Source: Actinomycetales bacterium
GTDB lineage: Bacteria > Actinomycetota > Actinomycetes > Mycobacteriales > Micromonosporaceae
Direction: 5' to 3'
Length of the DNA: 64,000 nt
Assembly (NCBI GenBank): GCA_002919305.1
Contig: PKFB01000015.1
Location: 793-64,792, forward strand
Shown here one piece after another: positions 48,156-59,634 of this stretch (position 1 is its first letter; the number at the start of each line of letters is the position of its first letter). A model generated the notes under the pieces. That model was given only the letters and a program-made list of their open reading frames with translations, made no database searches and was not told where the DNA came from. Position numbers and translations under genes: made by a program.

Positions 48156-49328
48156 TTAATCTGCCGTTGACTCGAAAATTTCTTCACGCGCCCTGTCCAC
48201 CGCCGTCAACAAGGCTCCCCGCAGCACCGGGGCGTCCGGTACCTGCGTAGGGACCACCCGCGGCGCCACCGGCGCGATCGTGGCGACCTCGGTGGCCACC
48301 CGGTCGGCCAGCTGCTGACCGCCGGCCTGTCCAATGTCGCCTGCGAGCACCACCAGAGCGGGGTCGAGCACCACACACACCGCCGCCACACCGAGCGCGA
48401 GCCGCTGGGCCAACTCGTCCAGAGCCGCCGCGCCCTTCTCCCCCGCCGCCACCGCGTCGGCCACCGCCTGCGCCGCCGAGTCAGCCCGGAAGCCGTGCCG
48501 GCGCAGCAGCGACCGCACCGCATCCCCACCGGCCAGTCGGGCGAAGGAGGGCTTGGAGCGGCGGGAGACGTCGTGCGGCACCGTGGCCCCGGGGACCGGT
48601 AAATACCCGATCTCGCCGGCCCCACCGGTGGCGCCGCGGTGCAGCCTGCCTCCCAGTAGCACCGCCAGCCCCAGCCCACGCCCTACCCACACCAACACGA
48701 AGTCCTCAACCCCGACGGCGGCGCCGTCCCGGGACTCCGCGATGGCCGCCAGGTTCACGTCGTTTTCGATCACCACCTGGGCCGAGAACTCTTCCCGCAG
48801 GCGCGCCAGTACCCCACGGTCCCAACGGGGCAGCTCCCAGGAGAAAGACATCTCACCGGTGGTGGGGTCCACGACCCCGGGCGTGCCGAGCACCACCTGG
48901 CGTACCCCGTCGACGGATATGTTGGCCGCCTCGCAGGCCGCGGTCACCGCCTGCCGCACCGCGGCGCCCGGATCGGTCGATCCCCGCATGGCCACCTGGA
49001 CCCGCTCGCCGGCGGCCCCGGTGATGTCGGCGGTGGCCGCGGTCACCCCATGCGGCCCCACATCGAGCCCGACCACGTACGCCGCCGAGGGCACCGCCGC
49101 GTACATCTGGGCGTTGGGGCCTCGCCCCCCGACCTGGACGCCGACCCGTTCCACCAAACCGCGCGCCTCCAGCCGCTCCACCAACTGGGAGGCGGTGACC
49201 TTGGACAGGCCCGTCATCTCTCCCAACTGGGCCCGGGTGAGCGGTCCGTGATTGAGCAGCAACTCCAAGGCCGCGCGATCGTTCAGGGCGCGCAGCAAAG
49301 TGGGTGTCCCGGGTCTGCGTCGAGTCAT
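48156..49328 (-). CDS. ROK-family transcriptional regulator
   Basis: N-terminal wHTH LLRALNDRAALELLLNHGPLTRAQLGEMTGLSKVTASQLV, followed by a ROK sugar-kinase-like fold (GLDVGPHG, GEIGY). Confidence 0.85.
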   Translation of the reverse strand: MTRRRPGTPTLLRALNDRAALELLLNHGPLTRAQLGEMTGLSKVTASQLVERLEARGLVERVGVQVGGRGPNAQMYAAVPSAAYVVGLDVGPHGVTAATADITGAAGERVQVAMRGSTDPGAAVRQAVTAACEAANISVDGVRQVVLGTPGVVDPTTGEMSFSWELPRWDRGVLARLREEFSAQVVIENDVNLAAIAESRDGAAVGVEDFVLVWVGRGLGLAVLLGGRLHRGATGGAGEIGYLPVPGATVPHDVSRRSKPSFARLAGGDAVRSLLRRHGFRADSAAQAVADAVAAGEKGAAALDELAQRLALGVAAVCVVLDPALVVLAGDIGQAGGQQLADRVATEVATIAPVAPRVVPTQVPDAPVLRGALLTAVDRAREEIFESTAD

Positions 49329-49716
49329 CCGACCCTCCGGCTCCGTCCCGAACCGTGATCGCCACGGCCGGTCTGTTCTGCGCGAACAGCTAGTCTTAAG
49401 GAAGGTTTACTATTATCTTCTCCCGAGGCACTAGCTTACGATCACCGCGGTCCCCGAAGGCGCAGTGGAACGCGGGGTAAGGGACTAAAAGCGCCGGTCA
49501 TCCGGTGACGCCCTTCCCCTCCCGTTCACCCCCTTTCCCATCCTGTCCCACCCCATCCACGCCCTGATGCTGTGAGCCCGAGCGGCGACCGTCCTGACGC
49601 ATGGCGCTTCGATCGCGATGTGCCGCTCATCGGGTGTCGGGCCGCGCCGTCACGGACGGAGCCGGCTTGTCCCCGGGGTGCTCAACCGATGACCCTGACC
49701 TGACTGTGGAGGAAGC

Positions 49717-51210
49717 GTGACCAACCCGCCGGATGGCGCACTGCGTGAACTCGCGCTGGGAACCCTGCTCGCGTCGTTCACCGGCCCCACCCCACCGACC
49801 TGGGCCTGCGATCTGCTCCGCGACGGGCTAGCCGGCTACGTGCTGTTCGGATATAACGTCGTCGATCCTCCGCAACTCGGTCGCCTGGTCGAATCGCTCC
49901 GGGAACACCGGGCGGACGTGGTGATCGGGATTGATGAGGAGGGCGGTGACGTCACCCGGCTCGCCCACGCCCAGGGCAGCCCGTATCCCGGCAACGCGGC
50001 CTTGGGCGCGGCGGACGATCCTGATTTGACCCGCGCTGTCTATCGCGCCATCGGCACCGAGTTGGCGGAGCTGGGCATCAACCTCAACCTCGCCCCAACC
50101 GTGGACGTCAACGTCGCCGACGAAAACCCAATCATCGGTACGCGCTCCTTCGGGGTTGACCCCGCCCGGGTAGCCGCGCACACCGCGGCGGCCGTGACCG
50201 GCCTGCAGGAGGCAGGGGTGGCGGCCTGCGCCAAACACTTCCCGGGGCACGGCGCCACCGTGGTCGACTCCCACCTCGAACTGCCGGTCGTGGACGTGCC
50301 CCCGCAGGTGCTCTGGGAGCGAGAGCTGCCACCGTTTAAAGCCGCCATCGCCGCCGGCACCCGCGCCATCATGAGCGCGCACATCCGGGTCCCCGTCCTG
50401 ACCGGCGATGACCCCGCCACCCTCAGCCCGGCGGCGCTGACCACCCTGCTCCGCCAGGAACTGGGCTTCACCGGTGTAGTGATCACCGATGCCCTCGAGA
50501 TGAAAGGCGCCAGCGCCAGCCTGGGAATCGCCGAGGCGGCGGTACGCGCCCTGGCGGCGGGGGCGGATCTGCTGTGCTTGGGCGCGCGGGTGGACGCCGC
50601 TTTGGTGGAGTCGGTGGTCACGGCGATCGTCGCGGCGCTACGGCAGGGCCGGCTGGAGGTGGCCCGACTGGAGGAGGCGGTCGCCCGGAACGCGTCGCTG
50701 GGAGGTATCCCCCGCCCTTCCGACACCGCGGGCGCCCGCGATGCCTCCGGCGCCTCCCTCGGACTGGAGGCCGCCCGGCGGGCGCTGCGGATGGAGGGGG
50801 ATCTGCCGCCGCTGCGCAGCCCATTCATCGTGCAGTTGGAGTCCCCCGCCACCATCGCCGCCGGCGAGGTGCCGTGGGGGCTGGCCGCCCATCTGCGCGC
50901 CGCTGGCGCCACCCAGCAGGTACTGCGGGTAGGCCCCGACCACGTTGTCGACCCCGATGGTTTCGCGACCGACCTCGCGACCCGGGCGGCGGGCCAGGAG
51001 ATCGTGGTGGTCGCACGCGACATCCGGCGGTATCCCTGGGCTCGTTCCCTGGTGGAGCGTCTGACCGTCCACCATCCCACGGTGGTGCTGGTGGAGATGG
51101 GGTGGCCGACGGCGTGGCGCCCGACCGGGCTGCGCGCCTACGTGACGACCTACGGAGCGGCGCAGGCGAACGCGCGAGCGGCGGCTGAGGCCCTCCTGGC
51201 CACGGGGTGA
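49717..51210 (+). CDS. GH3 beta-N-acetylhexosaminidase (NagZ-like)
   Basis: GIDEEGGDVTRL, NLNLAPTVDV, KHFPGHG, ITDALEM. GTG start preceded by GGAGGAAGC. Confidence 0.85.
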   Translation: MTNPPDGALRELALGTLLASFTGPTPPTWACDLLRDGLAGYVLFGYNVVDPPQLGRLVESLREHRADVVIGIDEEGGDVTRLAHAQGSPYPGNAALGAADDPDLTRAVYRAIGTELAELGINLNLAPTVDVNVADENPIIGTRSFGVDPARVAAHTAAAVTGLQEAGVAACAKHFPGHGATVVDSHLELPVVDVPPQVLWERELPPFKAAIAAGTRAIMSAHIRVPVLTGDDPATLSPAALTTLLRQELGFTGVVITDALEMKGASASLGIAEAAVRALAAGADLLCLGARVDAALVESVVTAIVAALRQGRLEVARLEEAVARNASLGGIPRPSDTAGARDASGASLGLEAARRALRMEGDLPPLRSPFIVQLESPATIAAGEVPWGLAAHLRAAGATQQVLRVGPDHVVDPDGFATDLATRAAGQEIVVVARDIRRYPWARSLVERLTVHHPTVVLVEMGWPTAWRPTGLRAYVTTYGAAQANARAAAEALLATG

Positions 51211-51338
51211 TCTTGTCCTGATGAGGTGACGTGGTGGGCCGACGGGCTGATGAACCTTGTGAGGCGACCTGATGAACGCGGAAGTTGATCTGCGCGGCAC
51301 GCTGCGCATCAGGCCACGGCCCACTACCGTGAACACCG

Positions 51339-53330
51339 ATGAGCGGACGCATCCCGATTGAAGACATCTCGCCGGTGGTCGCGTGCGGACGTTACCCCGC
51401 CAAGGCCGTCGTCAGCGAGCAAGTCCCTATTACGGCCACAGTCTATCGAGAGGGGCATGAAGCCGTCGGATGCAACGTCGTCTGGCGGGGCCCCGACCGA
51501 AAGCGCAGGCCCTTCACCCGGATGTCGTTGGTCGCTCCGGGTACCGACCGGTGGCGGGCCGAGATCGTCCCCGACGCCGTTGGGCGCTGGACCTTCACCA
51601 TCGAGGCCTGGAGCGATCCCTACCTGACCTGGAAAGACGCGATCGAGAAGAAGATCGAGGCGGGTCAGGAGGCCGAGGATCTCTACAACGACCTGGAGGA
51701 GGGGGCCCGGATACTCGTACGCGCCGCTTTGGCGGCGATCCGAGCCCAGGATCGAGAGCGCCGTGCCCGCCTGTTCGCCGCCGCGACGGCGTTGCGCGAC
51801 GACAGCCTCGACTTGGCTCATCGGGTTGCGCCCGCGCTCGAGTTGGCCGATGTCATGTGGCAACACCCTGTCCGGGATCTGGTGACCCGCTCGGCCACCT
51901 ACAGCATCTGGGTGGATCGCGAACGCGCGCTGTTCAGCGCCTGGTACGAGTTCTTCCCCCGCTCAGAAGGCGCGGTGGTGCCTGAACCCGGCAGTGAGGC
52001 CGTCGGCCCGCCGGTGCACGGCACGTTCCTCACCGCCGCCGAACGCCTGCCCGCCATCGCGGCCATGGGGTTCGACGTCGTCTACCTGCCCCCCATCCAC
52101 CCGATCGGCAAGATCAACCGGAAGGGGCCCAACAATTCTCTGGTCGCGGGCCCGTACGACGTGGGCTCCCCCTGGGCCATCGGCTCCGATGAGGGGGGAC
52201 ACGACGCGATCCATCCGCAGCTGGGCACGCTGGAGGACTTCCGCGAGTTTGTGAACCGGGCCCGTCAGCTCGGGCTCGAGGTCGCGATGGACCTGGCGCT
52301 GCAGTGCGCCCCCGACCACCCCTGGGTGAAGGAGCACCCGGAGTGGTTCACCACCCGCGCCGACGGCAGCATCGCGTACGCCGAGAATCCCCCCAAGAAA
52401 TATCAGGACATCTATCCGCTGAACTTCGACAACGACCCCGAGGGGATCTACGCCGAGGTACGGCGGATCGTCACCTACTGGATTCAGCAGGGGATCCAGA
52501 TCTTCCGGGTGGACAACCCCCACACCAAACCGGTGTCCTTCTGGCACCGGTTGATCTGGGACATCAAATCCAAGCACCCCGATGTGCTGTTCCTGTCTGA
52601 GGCGTTCACCCGGCCCGCCATGCTCAAAGGGCTGGCCAAGATCGGCTTCACCCAGTCGTACACCTACTTCACGTGGCGGACCACCAAGGCCGAGCTGACC
52701 GACTACTGTACGGAGCTGGTCGACTGCCTGGACTTCCTCCGGCCCAACTTCTGGGTCAACACCCCTGACATCCTCCATGCCACCTTGCAGCACGGCGGAC
52801 CGCCGATGTTCAAGATCCGAGCGGTGCTGGCGAGCATGCTCTCCTCCAATTGGGGCATGTACTCCGGTTATGAGCTCTATGAGCACGTGGCCCGGCCGGG
52901 TACGGAGGAATATCTCGACAGCGAGAAATATCAGCTGCGCCCCCGGGACTGGGCACGCGCAGCCGCCGAGCATCGGACCTTGGCTCCCTTCATCACCCGG
53001 CTCAACGAAATCCGACGCGCCAACCCAGCGCTCCACCGGATGCGTAATCTCCGCTTCCACTGGATCGACAACGACGCGATGTTGTGTTGGTCCAAGCGGG
53101 ACGACCGAACCGGGAACGCCGTGCTCGTGGTGTGTCTGCTCGACCCACACAACGTGCACTGGGGCAACACCAGCCTGGACATGCCGGCGTTGGGTTTCGA
53201 CTGGCACGAGCGGTTCCTCGTTCGTGACGAGCTCACTGGCGCGACGTATGAATGGGGGCAGCACAACGCCGTCCGGCTCGATCCCCACTATGAGCCCGCC
53301 CACATCTTCACGATTCATCCCCTCACGTAG
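51339..53330 (+). CDS. glgE: Alpha-1,4-glucan:maltose-1-phosphate maltosyltransferase GlgE
   Basis: MSGRIPIEDISPVVACGRYPAKAVV is a typical GlgE N-terminus. GH13_3 regions: FDVVYLPPIHP, FRVDNPHTKP. Confidence 0.9.
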   Translation: MSGRIPIEDISPVVACGRYPAKAVVSEQVPITATVYREGHEAVGCNVVWRGPDRKRRPFTRMSLVAPGTDRWRAEIVPDAVGRWTFTIEAWSDPYLTWKDAIEKKIEAGQEAEDLYNDLEEGARILVRAALAAIRAQDRERRARLFAAATALRDDSLDLAHRVAPALELADVMWQHPVRDLVTRSATYSIWVDRERALFSAWYEFFPRSEGAVVPEPGSEAVGPPVHGTFLTAAERLPAIAAMGFDVVYLPPIHPIGKINRKGPNNSLVAGPYDVGSPWAIGSDEGGHDAIHPQLGTLEDFREFVNRARQLGLEVAMDLALQCAPDHPWVKEHPEWFTTRADGSIAYAENPPKKYQDIYPLNFDNDPEGIYAEVRRIVTYWIQQGIQIFRVDNPHTKPVSFWHRLIWDIKSKHPDVLFLSEAFTRPAMLKGLAKIGFTQSYTYFTWRTTKAELTDYCTELVDCLDFLRPNFWVNTPDILHATLQHGGPPMFKIRAVLASMLSSNWGMYSGYELYEHVARPGTEEYLDSEKYQLRPRDWARAAAEHRTLAPFITRLNEIRRANPALHRMRNLRFHWIDNDAMLCWSKRDDRTGNAVLVVCLLDPHNVHWGNTSLDMPALGFDWHERFLVRDELTGATYEWGQHNAVRLDPHYEPAHIFTIHPLT

Positions 53331-53455
53331 GATGCGGACACTCGGCGTCTGCCCCTCACCGGCAATAGCAACAGATGTGGGCCCTGGTGTGCCCGTGGTA
53401 CGCCGACCACTGGCTCCGGCAGGGTGTCCACCGGTGCAACGTGTGAGGTGAAATC

Positions 53456-55246
53456 GTGGAGTCAGGGCACAAGAACCCTCCCCGGAAAAAGCCCATTGAG
53501 GGCAGCCATGTCACCGATGAGGGTCTGGTGACGCACCCAAAGGCAGCCGAGTACCGTCACGCGTACGCCATGCCGGTGGAGCCGCTATGGTTCAAGCGAG
53601 CAGTCTTCTATGAGGTTCTCGTCCGCGCCTTCTACGACTCCAACGCTGACGGCTGCGGCGATCTGCGGGGCTTGATCGAGAAACTGGATTATCTGGAATG
53701 GCTCGGCGTTGACTGCCTGTGGCTGCCGCCTTTCTACGATTCCCCACTGCGGGATGGCGGCTATGACATCAGTGACTTCTACCGGATTCTTCCCGAATTC
53801 GGGGACATCGACGACTTCGTGGCGCTGTTGGACGCCGCTCACCGCCGCGGCATTCGGGTCATCACCGATCTGGTGATGAACCATACGTCTGACCAGCACC
53901 CCTGGTTTCAAGAATCACGCCGGGACCCCGACGGGCCGTACGGGGACTATTACGTGTGGCGGGACACCGACACCGGTTATCCCGATGCACGCATCATTTT
54001 CGTGGATACTGAAGAGTCCAACTGGACCTTCGACCCGGTGCGGCGCCAGTTTTATTGGCACCGATTCTTCAGCCACCAGCCGGACCTGAACTACGACAAC
54101 CCTGCGGTGCAGGAGGAGATGCTGGGGGTGATCCGGTTCTGGCTGGATCTAGGGATCGACGGTTTCCGGCTTGACGCTGTCCCTTACCTGTTCGAACGCG
54201 AAGGCACCAACTGCGAGAACCTTCCGGAGACCCACAGCTTCCTCCGCCGCATCCGCAAGATCGTCGACGACGAGTACCCTGGCCGGGTCCTACTCGCCGA
54301 GGCCAACCAGTGGCCCAGCGACGTGGTTCAGTACTTCGGGGACCCCTCGGTCGGCGGCGACGAGTGCCACATGGCCTTCCACTTCCCGCTGATGCCGCGG
54401 ATTTTCATGGCGGTACGCCGAGAATCCCGCTTCCCGATCTCGGAGATCCTGGCACAGACACCCGAGATCCCGTCCAGCAGCCAATGGGGGATCTTCCTGC
54501 GTAATCACGACGAGCTCACGTTGGAGATGGTCACCGACGAAGAGCGCGACTACATGTACGCGGAGTACGCGAAAGATCCTCGTATGCGCGCCAACATCGG
54601 GATCCGGCGCCGGCTGGCCCCGCTGCTGGAGAACGACCGCAACCAATTGGAACTGTTCACGGCGCTGCTGTTGTCCCTCCCTGGTTCCCCGGTGCTTTAT
54701 TACGGGGACGAGATCGGCATGGGGGATAACATTTGGCTGGGTGACCGAGACGGCGTGCGTACCCCCATGCAATGGACGCCCGACCGCAACGCTGGTTTCT
54801 CCCAGGCCAACCCCGGCCGGTTGTATCTGCCGGTCATTATGGACCCCATCTACGGGTACCAGGCGGTCAACGTGGAGGCGCAGTTGAACAACTCGACCTC
54901 CCTCCTGCACTGGACCCGGCGCATGATCGAGATTCGGAAACGCCATCTCGCCTTCGCCTTGGGTTCCTTCCACGATCTGGGCGGCTCCAATCCCTGTGTG
55001 CTGTCCTACATCCGGGAATACAACCCACCGGACGGCGATAAGCCTGACATCGTGCTGTGCGTTAACAACCTGTCGCGTTTCCCGCAACCGATCGAACTCA
55101 ATCTCCGCCAGTGGGAGGGGTATGTTCCCGTGGAATTGACCGGCCGGGTGCCCTTCCCTCCCATCGGTGAGCTTCCTTATCTGCTGACTCTGCCCGGCCA
55201 CGGCTTCTACTGGTTCCAACTCAGCCCGCGGGAGGACGCGCAATGA
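53456..55246 (+). CDS. treS: Trehalose synthase / maltose alpha-D-glucosyltransferase TreS
   Basis: [71 protein letters not shown]. Confidence 0.9.
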   Translation: MESGHKNPPRKKPIEGSHVTDEGLVTHPKAAEYRHAYAMPVEPLWFKRAVFYEVLVRAFYDSNADGCGDLRGLIEKLDYLEWLGVDCLWLPPFYDSPLRDGGYDISDFYRILPEFGDIDDFVALLDAAHRRGIRVITDLVMNHTSDQHPWFQESRRDPDGPYGDYYVWRDTDTGYPDARIIFVDTEESNWTFDPVRRQFYWHRFFSHQPDLNYDNPAVQEEMLGVIRFWLDLGIDGFRLDAVPYLFEREGTNCENLPETHSFLRRIRKIVDDEYPGRVLLAEANQWPSDVVQYFGDPSVGGDECHMAFHFPLMPRIFMAVRRESRFPISEILAQTPEIPSSSQWGIFLRNHDELTLEMVTDEERDYMYAEYAKDPRMRANIGIRRRLAPLLENDRNQLELFTALLLSLPGSPVLYYGDEIGMGDNIWLGDRDGVRTPMQWTPDRNAGFSQANPGRLYLPVIMDPIYGYQAVNVEAQLNNSTSLLHWTRRMIEIRKRHLAFALGSFHDLGGSNPCVLSYIREYNPPDGDKPDIVLCVNNLSRFPQPIELNLRQWEGYVPVELTGRVPFPPIGELPYLLTLPGHGFYWFQLSPREDAQ

Positions 55247-56661
55247 GCGTAGGCGCCAGCGACGACAACCGGGCCCTCGTCTTCCAACTCACCGACGCCC
55301 TCGCCACCTGGCTACCGACACAGCGGTGGTTCGCGGCCAAAGACCGCCCGATCGCGCGGGTGGAGCCGGTCTCGGTGGCGGTCCTCCACCACCGGGAGGA
55401 CGAGGATCCGGTGCGCCTGGAGCACACCATCCAGGCGGTGTCCTTCGCCGACAACGGAGAGGTACAGCTTTACCAGCTCTTCGTGGGGTACCGGCGGATC
55501 CTTCCAGAGCGGTTGCAGCACGTCAGGATCGCGGACGTCCAGGAGGACGGCCACTGGCTGATCGCCTTCGACGGATTGTGGGACGACGAACTGGCCTCCT
55601 CGCTGCTGCCTCTGATGGCCAGCGGGGAGACCCGCAACGGAGTCCAGTTCGCCACCGAGCCGGGGATGTCGATCCCGAAGGTCACCTCCAGCCGGGTCGT
55701 CGACACGGAACAGACCAACACCAGCGTGATCTACGACGACGCCGCCATCCTGAAGGTTTTCCGGCGGCTGGTTCTGGGGACCAACCCGGACCTGGAGCTG
55801 TGCCGCGCCCTGCGCCGGGTCGGGTGCCCCTACGTCCCCGGCCTACTGGGCAGCATTGAGGGCGGGTACGCGGGTGAGCAGGTCACCTACGCCATGCTCA
55901 GCGCGTACGCGGTGAACTCCGCCGATGGCTGGTCCATGGCCACCGCCAGCGTGCGGGACCTGATCGCCGAACAGGACCTGCGCGCCCACGAGGTGGGTGG
56001 GGACTTCGCCGCCGAGGCGTACCGGTTGGGGGAGGCGGTGGCGGCCGTCCATGGTGACCTCGCCACCGCGCTGGGCACCTCCAGCCTGAACAGCGACGGC
56101 CTTGTGGCGCTCAGCGGCGCGATGTCCAGCCGGCTCGACGCCGCCATCGCGGTGGTGCCGGCTCTGGCGCAATACGCGCCCGCGGTGCGGACCGCCTTCG
56201 AGGCGATCCATGACCTGACCCCACCGGTGCCGGTGCAGCGCGTCCACGGCGATTTGCACCTCGGCCAGGTGCTGCGGACCCCCACCGGCTGGCTGTTGAT
56301 CGACTTTGAGGGAGAGCCGGCCAAGCCGCTTTCTGAGCGGCTTCGGCCGGACTCGGTCCTGCGGGACGTGGCGGGGATGCTGCGGTCGTTCGACTACGCC
56401 GCCCAGCACCTGCTCCTCACCGGTGACTCCGACCACCAGCGGGAGTACCGCGCGTTGGAGTGGACCGAGCGTAACCGGGCGGCGTTCTGCTCGGGGTACG
56501 CGGCGGTCTCCGACTTCAACCCGGCCGAACAGCGCACTCTTCTGCGGGCCTATGAGTTGGACAAGGCGGTCTACGAGGCCGTCTACGAACGTCAGCACCG
56601 GCCGGCCTGGGTGGAGATCCCGCTCCGCTCAATCGCGCGTCTCACCCAGCAGCTCACCTGA
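55243..56661 (+). CDS. pep2: Maltokinase (Pep2/Mak)
   Basis: ATGA overlap with treS. Motifs: [41 protein letters not shown]. Confidence 0.85.
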   Translation: MSVGASDDNRALVFQLTDALATWLPTQRWFAAKDRPIARVEPVSVAVLHHREDEDPVRLEHTIQAVSFADNGEVQLYQLFVGYRRILPERLQHVRIADVQEDGHWLIAFDGLWDDELASSLLPLMASGETRNGVQFATEPGMSIPKVTSSRVVDTEQTNTSVIYDDAAILKVFRRLVLGTNPDLELCRALRRVGCPYVPGLLGSIEGGYAGEQVTYAMLSAYAVNSADGWSMATASVRDLIAEQDLRAHEVGGDFAAEAYRLGEAVAAVHGDLATALGTSSLNSDGLVALSGAMSSRLDAAIAVVPALAQYAPAVRTAFEAIHDLTPPVPVQRVHGDLHLGQVLRTPTGWLLIDFEGEPAKPLSERLRPDSVLRDVAGMLRSFDYAAQHLLLTGDSDHQREYRALEWTERNRAAFCSGYAAVSDFNPAEQRTLLRAYELDKAVYEAVYERQHRPAWVEIPLRSIARLTQQLT

Positions 56662-56711
56662 TTTCCTGTTGTTCCGCGTTGTTCCGCGCCAGCCCACCCT
56701 CACCCGGCGAG

Positions 56712-56981
56712 TCAGCGTGCTGAGCAGGACGGATCATGGGGCCGCGGCGGCGTAGGCAGATCGAGTGTGCCGGCCTTCACCGCGGCCAGGAACGTGGCCC
56801 AGTCCTCAGCATTGATCACGAGCATCGGCCCGTCCTGGTCCTTGGAGTCGCGTAAGAAGACCCGTTCGGAGCTCACCGCGACCTCGACGCAGTTGCCGTC
56901 TCCGTCGGGCGACCGCGTACTTTTGCGCCACACCGTCGGGGGCAAATCCGGTTCCGCCATCATGGCTCCTCTCGGGGTCAC
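56712..56981 (-). CDS. DUF397 (BldB-like) small protein
   Basis: WRKSTRSPDGDGNCVEVA is the DUF397 signature. The true start is probably one of the internal Met codons (about 56960-56963). Confidence 0.75.
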   Translation of the reverse strand: MTPRGAMMAEPDLPPTVWRKSTRSPDGDGNCVEVAVSSERVFLRDSKDQDGPMLVINAEDWATFLAAVKAGTLDLPTPPRPHDPSCSAR

Positions 56982-57252
56982 CTCACGACCGACCGCGAAC
57001 AGCGCTCCTGCGAGGAAGATTCAGGATCGGCGCCCCTGGGAGCTGCGGGTTAAGCCGGAGCACCGCCGGATACGTGAAGCGCTGTGCGTCGCCACGCTGC
57101 GAGCACTCCCATGTGTCATATGGCCATATGTGGGAGGATCGGGTCGTGGTCTGACTGTACCCGGAGAAATTGACTTAAGGCTATGAGTCGCCCACTCCGG
57201 CGGACCGCCCCGAGCCGGAGCCGTAGGGTATCGATGAATTGCCGACGGTGAA

Positions 57253-58134
57253 TCAGGCCAGCTCGTCCTTCACCCTCTCCACCAACGCCAAGGAATCGGC
57301 GGGGTCCAGCGCCAACTGTTGAAGCTTCTGGAAGACGCGGTGGTAATAGTCCAGGTTGCTGGGCGCTTCCTTAATCATCGACTCGGCCATGGCGTCCAGG
57401 TACAGCACATCCCCCACGGCCGGGTCGGCGAACTCCAGAATCGTGAAGGCACCGTTCACCCCTGGGTGCGCGCCCCGCTCAAACGGCAGGATGCGCAACT
57501 CGATGGTGGGTCGGTTCGCCAGCGTGGCGAGGTAGTTCAACTGCTCGCGCATCACCGCGGGACCCCCCACCTGCCGCCGAATGGCCGCCTCGTCCAGGAC
57601 CAGGTACAGCTCAGGCGGGTCGTCCCGGTTGAGGACCTCCTGCCCGCGCCGCATCCGGACCTCCAGCTGCCGCTCGGCGCGGCGGCGCGCCTCCCCTGTC
57701 AGCTCACCGGGCACGCTGTCGAAGATGACGGTCCGCGCGTACGCCTCGGTCTGCAGCAGTCCCGGCATCAGCGCGAAGTGGAACTGCCGCATCACCACCG
57801 CCTCGGCCTCGTAGCCGATGTAGGAGATCAGCTGCGGTGACACCGCGTCCTTGTAGGCGCTCCACCACATGCGTTGCCGGGACGCCTTGGCCAGCTCGAC
57901 CATCGCGTCGATCTGATGGCGGTCCTTGACCCCGTACAGGTTCAGCAACGCTTTCAAGTCGTTGGTGGAGATTCCCACCGCACCAGACTCAATCCGGATC
58001 AGTTTGGACAACGACCAGTCCATGGCCTCGGCGACTTGTTCCTGAGTCATCTCGGCCGCTTCCCGCCGCTGCCGCAGCTCCGACCGGAGCCGTCGACGCC
58101 GGATCGACGGTCCCTGTCCGGTAGCGGTGGTCAC
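57253..58134 (-). CDS. XRE-family HTH regulator with a DUF5753-like C-terminal domain (WhiJ-like)
   Basis: LRQRREAAEMTQEQVAEAMDWSLSKLIRIESG is the HTH_31 part. The long C-terminal domain is the type that typically pairs with DUF397 genes in actinomycetes. Confidence 0.85.
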   Translation of the reverse strand: MTTATGQGPSIRRRRLRSELRQRREAAEMTQEQVAEAMDWSLSKLIRIESGAVGISTNDLKALLNLYGVKDRHQIDAMVELAKASRQRMWWSAYKDAVSPQLISYIGYEAEAVVMRQFHFALMPGLLQTEAYARTVIFDSVPGELTGEARRRAERQLEVRMRRGQEVLNRDDPPELYLVLDEAAIRRQVGGPAVMREQLNYLATLANRPTIELRILPFERGAHPGVNGAFTILEFADPAVGDVLYLDAMAESMIKEAPSNLDYYHRVFQKLQQLALDPADSLALVERVKDELA

Positions 58135-58487
58135 TTTCTCCCCTCCGCCCTATGCCTTGTGTTCCGACCAGTCGTGGACACCATGCCCTTCGCCTGATCG
58201 AGGCGACGCCCACACACCACCTTACGGCGACATATCGAACAGATATCTAGCAGTTATCAACAATGCATTGAGGAACTCTGCAAACTGCCGGTTCTACGTC
58301 TGCAAGGTGGCTGTCGAAAACCTTAGCACCGGACAGGTTCGGGTTCTGGATGGGATCGGTCTGTCCCGGCAGGCGACCGGTCACGCCCCTTTTCCCTGTC
58401 CTTTTCTGCCCTGCCTTTTCCCTGCTCACCGCGCCGCCACACCCACGATCGTGAGGGCCGGCCCCACCGCCGCCGCGCATGACAAAG

Positions 58488-58524
58488 GCGGTGGCCGGTG
58501 AGCCCCTCACTCACCGGCCACCGC
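58488..58524 (-). terminator. 15-bp perfect-stem hairpin downstream of the 58596 gene
   Basis: GCGGTGGCCGGTGAG (58488-58502) pairs with CTCACCGGCCACCGC (58510-58524) around a 7-nt loop. On the minus strand it is followed by CCTTTGTC. Confidence 0.5.
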
Positions 58525-58595
58525 TCACGGACCCGGCTCTGGTGTGGTCCAGCTTTGGGCCGTCATTCACGGCGTGTCGTTGTTCATGGCGTGTC

Positions 58596-59177
58596 TCAAT
58601 CCGTCGGCGGATCGGTCCACGCCTGGCGTACCAGGTCATAGATCTCACTGCCGACCGCCGCCACCAGCAGCACAACCCCGAGGCTCCGGACCGGCCAGGC
58701 CAGGGCCGTCAGCAGTACCCCGACCGCCGCCAGAAGCGTGAAAGCCGCGGCGAGCAGGGTCCGACACACCGCCTCACGGGCCTGAAGAGTCCGGTCAATG
58801 GCCTCGTCGGTCTGGGCGGTCGCCGGCACCATGGCCCGCGCCACCGGCCTGACCACGAAGGGGAGGATGACCACCAGCGGTAGGGCGACGATGAGAGCCT
58901 CGGCGGCGCTCCAGGCGATGAGCGCGATAGCGGCGGCGATCCAGTGCCGCACCGCCATGATCCGCTCGTCCAGATACTGCGGGATGTCGCGCAGCACGCC
59001 CGACTCGGATCGACCTTCCCGCTCACTCGTCACAGACGGAGCCAGCGACATGGGCGCGGCCTGCGGGGCGGTGGTTACCGGCCCCCGGTATCCGCAGTGG
59101 ACACACGAGGCGTGCTGTTCCACCTCGGCCACCTGAGCGCAGCGTGGACAGTTCGTCGTGGAACTCGTCGCGGGCAT
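58596..59177 (-). CDS. Hypothetical membrane protein with an N-terminal zinc-ribbon (CPRC...CVHC) and about 4 TM helices
   Basis: Start moved to ATG 59177 (GGGAGG upstream): MPATSSTTNCPRCAQVAEVEQHASCVHCGY. The hydrophobic C-terminal half is consistent with a membrane protein. No family recognised. Confidence 0.5.
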   Translation of the reverse strand: MPATSSTTNCPRCAQVAEVEQHASCVHCGYRGPVTTAPQAAPMSLAPSVTSEREGRSESGVLRDIPQYLDERIMAVRHWIAAAIALIAWSAAEALIVALPLVVILPFVVRPVARAMVPATAQTDEAIDRTLQAREAVCRTLLAAAFTLLAAVGVLLTALAWPVRSLGVVLLVAAVGSEIYDLVRQAWTDPPTD

Positions 59178-59569
59178 CGCAAACCTCCCACGGCCGGTGG
59201 TTCGACGGGACGTGGCCTCCCAGCACCGCTGCCAGAAGCCAGGGAGTAGGGCGTCGGCTCCGCCGCGCGGGGTCACCGCGACCGGCGGCGCTCACCGTCA
59301 CATGAGTGACTGATCGAGCGTTTAGCAGGTACTTCGATACTCATCCCGACAGGTAGCAGAAGTCAATAGACAATTTGCCACCTGTCACATTGGCACAGAG
59401 CTTTCGTCTAACGGCATTCGGAATATAGCACATAGCGACTGTCACATAGCGGACACGCAGCTTGCATGGTTACCCGGTTAAGCTCTAGCGACGCTCCTCT
59501 CGAACCGAGACGCCACCGCCTACACCGGCGCCCAATCCCCGGCACCCGCACGCCGCCGCTGCTGTCCCG

Positions 59570-59634
59570 GCGCCTACTCAGGCGCGTCTCTCAGATACGT
59601 CTCTCAGATGCGCCTCTCAGGCGCGTCGATGAGC
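59570..59634. repeat. Degenerate 13-bp tandem repeat, about 5 units (consensus near YGCGYCTCTCAGR), in the glgB upstream region
   Basis: Units read directly: GCGCCTACTCAGG, CGCGTCTCTCAGA, TACGTCTCTCAGA, TGCGCCTCTCAGG, CGCGTCGATGAGC. Confidence 0.7.

Noticed and set aside
45426-48170. Long plus-strand ORFs (45426..46817, 463 aa; 46833..48170, 445 aa) antisense to glgP. There are similar long antisense ORFs elsewhere: 51963..53318, 54290..55243, 61099..61998, 23891..25273, 38745..39779, 39827..40747, 41038..41832, 12561..13586, 17046..18059 and 7317..8228.
   Set aside because: Their translations are Arg/Pro/Gly-rich low-complexity sequence with no family motifs. Each lies opposite a gene with unmistakable family signatures. 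These are classic shadow ORFs of high-GC DNA.
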